Assembly: GCA_963727485.1 (NCBI GenBank)
Contig: CAVSGM010000002.1
Span: 768,001-832,000 of the forward strand
DNA: 64,000 bases
Direction of reading: 5' to 3'
Source of the DNA: an uncultured delta proteobacterium
Lineage (GTDB): Bacteria > Myxococcota > Myxococcia > SLRQ01
The notes beneath the pieces are model-generated. The model saw nothing but the letters and a program-made list of their open reading frames with translations. It did no database searches and had not been told where the DNA came from. Below, piece after piece: positions 59,564 through 64,000 of this stretch. The position numbers and the translations under genes were made by a program. The number at the start of each line of letters is the position of its first letter. Within the stretch, counting starts at the first letter, position 1.

Positions 59564-61493
59564 ATGGCCAAGACCAAAGCACCCTACGGCACCTGGGACT
59601 CGCCCATCACCCCCGACCTCATCGTCGCCGGCACCGTCGCCCTCGGGGGCGCCGGCTTCGACGGCGACGACATCGCCTGGGCCGAGGGCCGCCCCACCGA
59701 GGGGGGCCGCTACGTGGTGGTCCGGCGGCGCGCCGACGGCACCGCGGAGGACCTGGTCCCCCAGCCCTACAACGCCCGGACCCGGGTCCACGAGTACGGC
59801 GGCGGGGCCAGCCTCCTCGAGGGCGGCGTCCTCTACTTCGCCAACTTCGACGACCAGCGCCTCTACCGCGCCGAGGCCGGGGGCGAGCCGGTGGCGGTGA
59901 CCGGCACCGACTCCCTGCGCTACGCCGACCTCCACCTCGACGCCGCGCGCGACCGGCTCATCTGCGTCCGCGAGGACCACCGCGGCGATGGCGAGGCGGT
60001 GAACACCCTGGCGGCGGTGCCCCTCGATGGAGGCCCGCAGACGGTCCTCGCCGAGGGCCACGACTTCTTCGCCTCACCGGCGCTCTCCCCCGACGGCAAG
60101 TGCCTCGCCTGGCTCACCTGGGACCACCCGCGGATGCCCTGGGACGGCACCGAGCTGTGGCTCGCCGACGTGCGTGACGACGGCACCCTCGGCGAGGCCC
60201 GGCGCGTCGCCGGCGGCCCCGACGAGTCCATCTTCCAGCCCCAGTGGTCCCCGGGCGGGGTGCTCCACTTCGTCTCCGACCGCACCGGCTGGTGGAACCT
60301 CTACCGCCTCGAGGGCGAGAGACGGCGTGAAGGCGCTGCACCCCATGGAGGCCGAGCTCGGGGTGCCCCAGTGGGTCTTCGGCCAGTCGACCTACGCCTT
60401 CGAGGCCGAGGAGCGGATCCTCTGCGCGGTGAACCGCATGGGCCTCTGGTCCCTGGAGCGCCTCGACGTCGGCCGCGGGCACCCTCACCCCGATCGACCT
60501 GCCCTACACCTGGTACGCGCTCGATCCACGCCGGCCCCGAGCGGGGCGGTCTTCGTCGCCGGCTCCAGCACCGAGGCCACCCAGGCGGTGCTCTTGAAGC
60601 CCGACGGCAGCACCGAGGTCCTCAAGCGCTCGAGCACCGTGGAGGTGGACGAGGGCGAGCTCCCCCACCCCGAGGTGGTCACCTGGCCCAGCGCCTCGGG
60701 CCGCGAGGCCCACGGCTTCCTCTATCGCCCCCGGAGCGCCCGCTTCGAGGGCCCCGACGACGAGCGCCCGCCGCTGGTGGTGTTCACCCACGGCGGCCCC
60801 ACCAGCGCCGCCAACTCGGTGCTGAACCTCCAGATCGCCTACTGGACCAGCCGGGGCATCGCCGTCCTCGACGTGAACTACGGCGGCAGCACCGGCTACG
60901 GGCGCCCCTACCGCGACCTCCTCAAGGACGCCTGGGGCATCGTCGACGTCGAGGACTGCGCCGCCGGGGCGAGGTGGCTCGCCGACAAGGGCGAGGTCGA
61001 CGGAGAGCGCCTGGCCATCCGCGGCGGGAGCGCCGGGGGCTACACCACGCTCGCGGCCCTGACCTTCGACGACACCTTCAAGGTCGGCGCCAGCTACTTC
61101 GGCGTCAGCGACCTGGGGGCGCTGGCCCGGGACACCCACAAGTTCGAGAGCCGCTACCTCGACGGGCTGGTGGGGCCGTGGCCCGAGGCCAAGGACGTCT
61201 ACGAGGCGCGCTCGCCCATCTTCCACACCGACCAGCTCTCCTGCCCGATCATCTTCCTCCAGGGGCTCGAGGACAAAGTGGTGCCCCCGGACCAGGCCGA
61301 GCGCATGGTGAAGGCCCTGCGGGAGAAGGGCCTGCCGGTGGCCTACGTGCCCTTCGAGGGCGAGCAGCACGGCTTCCGCCGCGCCGAGAACATCAAGCGC
61401 TCGCTGCAGACCGAGCTGTGGTTCTACGGGCGGATCCTGGGGTTCACGCCCGCCGGCGAGGCGCCGGTGCTCGACATCGAGAACCTCGACTGA
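59564..61493 (+). CDS. S9 prolyl oligopeptidase / acyl-peptide hydrolase family protein (several apparent frameshifts 60318-60540)
   Basis: [43 protein letters not shown]. Confidence 0.92.
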
Positions 61494-63210
61494 GCCGGGC
61501 CGCCAGCCAGCGCGCTAGAAGCAGCTGACCAGCAAGCCGCTCACTGCCCGACTGCGTAGGACGAGCCTTGGCGCGCGCCTGCAAGGGGTCTCCGCAGGCG
61601 GCGACCAGCTTCACGATCGGACGAGGCGTTTGGAGTTCACCACTGGCGAACCGCATCCGCTGTGCGAGCGATCGAGAGGACCATCGCTCGTGCTGGACGA
61701 CTGTGCCGGCGTGACCCTCGGAGCAACGCGAGTCGAAGTGCCGTCGCGGTCTTCCGGTGTGGGTGCGTGGCTCCGACGGCGTGGGTCGCGGCACGCTCCG
61801 CCGTGCAGCGAGCGACGGTCCGCATTTCGCACCGGCACGGCGGTGACCCGACGTGCGACGGACCTACGCGACGTGCGTTCCGCGCGTACGACCCTCATCA
61901 TCCACTGTTGTCTTCGGCTGGATGCGGGCTACCCGTTCGGGCTCGATCACACGCCGGCAGCGGATCCATTCCAGCAACCTGGCCGGCGGCGAGCCCGACG
62001 TGACCGCGAGCATGGCCACGAGCGCAGCTCGGACGGTGCCGGCATCGCGCGGCCCATTGCGCGACAGCCTGCGCCCTGGACGTGATCGACGGCCGACGAC
62101 TGCAGGCAGCCGCGTCGACCGGGTGTCGCCCGCTGACGGCCGCGCTTGATCCGCTCAGCCGCGGCAGGTCGCCGGACGCCGACGAGACGCTCACCGGCCT
62201 CGCCGGCCGGATCCCCGCGCTGTCAGCAGGGCCCAGGAGTGCGCCGGTCTCCACCGACTGCGGCGCGCTACGCTCACGGCGACTCGACAGCTCGCTGACC
62301 CTGGACGTCGCGGCGCGCAGGGGCATCGCTCAGGCCACCGTCCGACGTCCCGGCGCTGAAGGCGGTGCAGATCGCGCAGAGGAGCTCGTGAACGGCACGC
62401 TGAGCCTACACGGCGCTCACCGCGTTGAGGCCACACGTGCGCGTGGAGCGACGCGACGGAACCAGCCGGACCGGCACGCGCCAGGCAAGACCGGGCGTCC
62501 TCGAGCGAGCTAGCTGACGCTCACGGTGACGGACGCACCACGGGACGCCGAAGCCCCGTACGTGCGATCACGAGGCCCTGCATCGCCGGACACGTTAGGC
62601 AGCGTGGAGACCGGACGACGGACTTGCGGACATCCAGTTCGTGTGGCTCCGAGTGCCCTTGACTCGAGTGCCGGGGCTGCACCCTCGAGCCGAGGTCGTG
62701 CAGTCGCGAGCGCGGATCCACGGCTCGGGCCGCGAGGTGTATGCGCTGACTCGACGATGGACCGCTACGCCACTCGGTGTCAGTTGTCCGGACCTCGCCG
62801 GCACTCCGCTGCCAGCGCTGGCTGCAGCAGGCGAAGAGCACGGGTGGTAACGGTGACGGCGACTGGCCTGGCGGCCTTACGGATGCCGGCGTCTCATCGT
62901 CGTTCTCATGGAACTCCTGGCGATGAGCGGAGGACCCACGGGCTGACAGTAGCGCCGCGTAGACGCTCGCCCAGGTCACGACGGTCGTCGACCGGTTTCT
63001 CGAGACGTCTGCGCAGGGGCCGGCTCGCTCGGCTACACAAGTGGTCCGAGACCAGCCCACGGCAGCTGCGGCCACCGCGGTGTCGCCAGCGGTCGCGCTT
63101 CGAGGATGGCTCTGCCGCAGGACCGAAGTCCCGTCACGGCCACGCGCCGAGCTCGGGTCTACGACCGATGCATGGCCCGCCGCCCGAGGTCACCCGGGCG
63201 GCACGCGCCT

Positions 63211-63999
63211 TCAGCTGAACCGGGTCCGGATTCGATGGCGTACGAGCTCGAGGGCGTCTGCTTCGGAGATCTCGGCGTCCGGCCCGAAGCGGACGCGGAA
63301 GGTTCGGGTCTCCAACGCCGCCAGCGGGGTCCGCTCGGTGACCCGTGCGCCCTCTTGAACCAGATGGACCATGCCGCGGCTCACGCCGAGGTCGTAGCGG
63401 GTGAAGATGTCGTCGACGAACCGCTTCTTGAGGGCGCCTACGTCGAGGGTGTCGACCTGGTACGGCACGAGCTGGGTGGCGACCGAGGCCCCGGAGAGCT
63501 GAAAGCTCCACTCGCTGACCAGCTCGAAGTCGAGAAACGCCTGGTTGAGGACGGCCTGGACGTCGGTGCCCTTGGGCATCCAGTAGCTCGACAGGAGATG
63601 GCCGCACCGGGGGCAGACCGACGCTCGCATGTTGTCGAGCCCCCGCAGGCGGTAGAGCGGCACCGGGAAGATCTCGTCGTGGCACCCGTCGCAGCGCGTC
63701 CGCTCGCCGAGCACGCCGAGCACGTCGCGCAGGATGCGGCGCACCGGGAGACGCTGCAGGGCGAGGGGAACCGCTTCGCGGAGCGTGTCGCTGCGGAATC
63801 GCAGGCCGAGATGCACGACCTTGTCGGTGGCGCGGCGCACTCCGAACTCGATGAGGTCGTCGCCTTCGACGAGGATCTCTTCCAGGGTGGGCGGGTCTCC
63901 CTCGTGGCGGTTGAGGAGGCTGTAGCGCAGCTCGACGTCGTCGTAGCTCTCGAGCCCTTCAAGGGGGAACGGGGAGAGCTCGGAGACGTAGCCCAGCAT
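63211..63999 (-). CDS. Hypothetical protein with a CxxC..CxxC Zn-finger; probably the C-terminal part of a gene starting beyond the window
   Basis: Open to the window edge; CDGC and CPRC pairs; plausible globular composition. Confidence 0.7.
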   Translation of the reverse strand: MLGYVSELSPFPLEGLESYDDVELRYSLLNRHEGDPPTLEEILVEGDDLIEFGVRRATDKVVHLGLRFRSDTLREAVPLALQRLPVRRILRDVLGVLGERTRCDGCHDEIFPVPLYRLRGLDNMRASVCPRCGHLLSSYWMPKGTDVQAVLNQAFLDFELVSEWSFQLSGASVATQLVPYQVDTLDVGALKKRFVDDIFTRYDLGVSRGMVHLVQEGARVTERTPLAALETRTFRVRFGPDAEISEADALELVRHRIRTRFS

Positions 64000-64000
64000 G

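Noticed and set aside
56247..59582. 1111-aa ORF joining the TrpE N-terminus to TrpG
   Set aside because: Produced by frameshifts near 58802 and 57397; the intervening translation is off-frame
61630..63218. ORFs 61630-62085, 62082-62513 and 62526-63218 as a small operon
   Set aside because: No host codon bias, no motifs and random-like composition; kept only as part of the unexplained-region finding
63679..63693. CDGCH as a heme c binding site
   Set aside because: Paired with a downstream CPRC and no export signal visible; a Zn-finger is more likely

Overview
High-GC (about 70-75% by eye), gene-dense bacterial DNA. The gene content points to Myxococcota or another deltaproteobacterium: a pfk-Ser/Thr kinase pair, an FHA-GAF-sigma54 activator, many lipoproteins and alternative complex III. 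In order, the window holds the 3' part of lon; an atypical NarL/LuxR regulator; a pfkA-kinase-TPR-EBP-lipoprotein operon; secreted and outer-membrane proteins including an 8xPKD lipoprotein; pcp and an acyl-CoA carboxyltransferase; and a beta-barrel + 13-heme cytochrome c + Ig-like lipoprotein operon. It continues with purA/hisZ/serA/class V aminotransferase, TetR + enoyl-CoA hydratase, a complete actABCDEF(G)-sco-coxBACD operon (ACIII + A2-type caa3 oxidase), a trp operon split by an antisense GH92 gene, an S9 peptidase, a 1.7 kb stretch with no credible gene, and a truncated Zn-finger protein. About 13 single-base frameshifts, mostly in short base runs, look like consensus errors. The best candidate for an undescribed system is the putative porin-multiheme cytochrome module at 23.2-26.6 kb. 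Also notable are a switch-like pfkA leader, two antisense genes inserted in biosynthetic operons, and the unexplained 61.5-63.2 kb stretch. I recognised no rRNA, tRNA, CRISPR array or mobile element. All family calls come from recognising motifs by eye; no searches were run.
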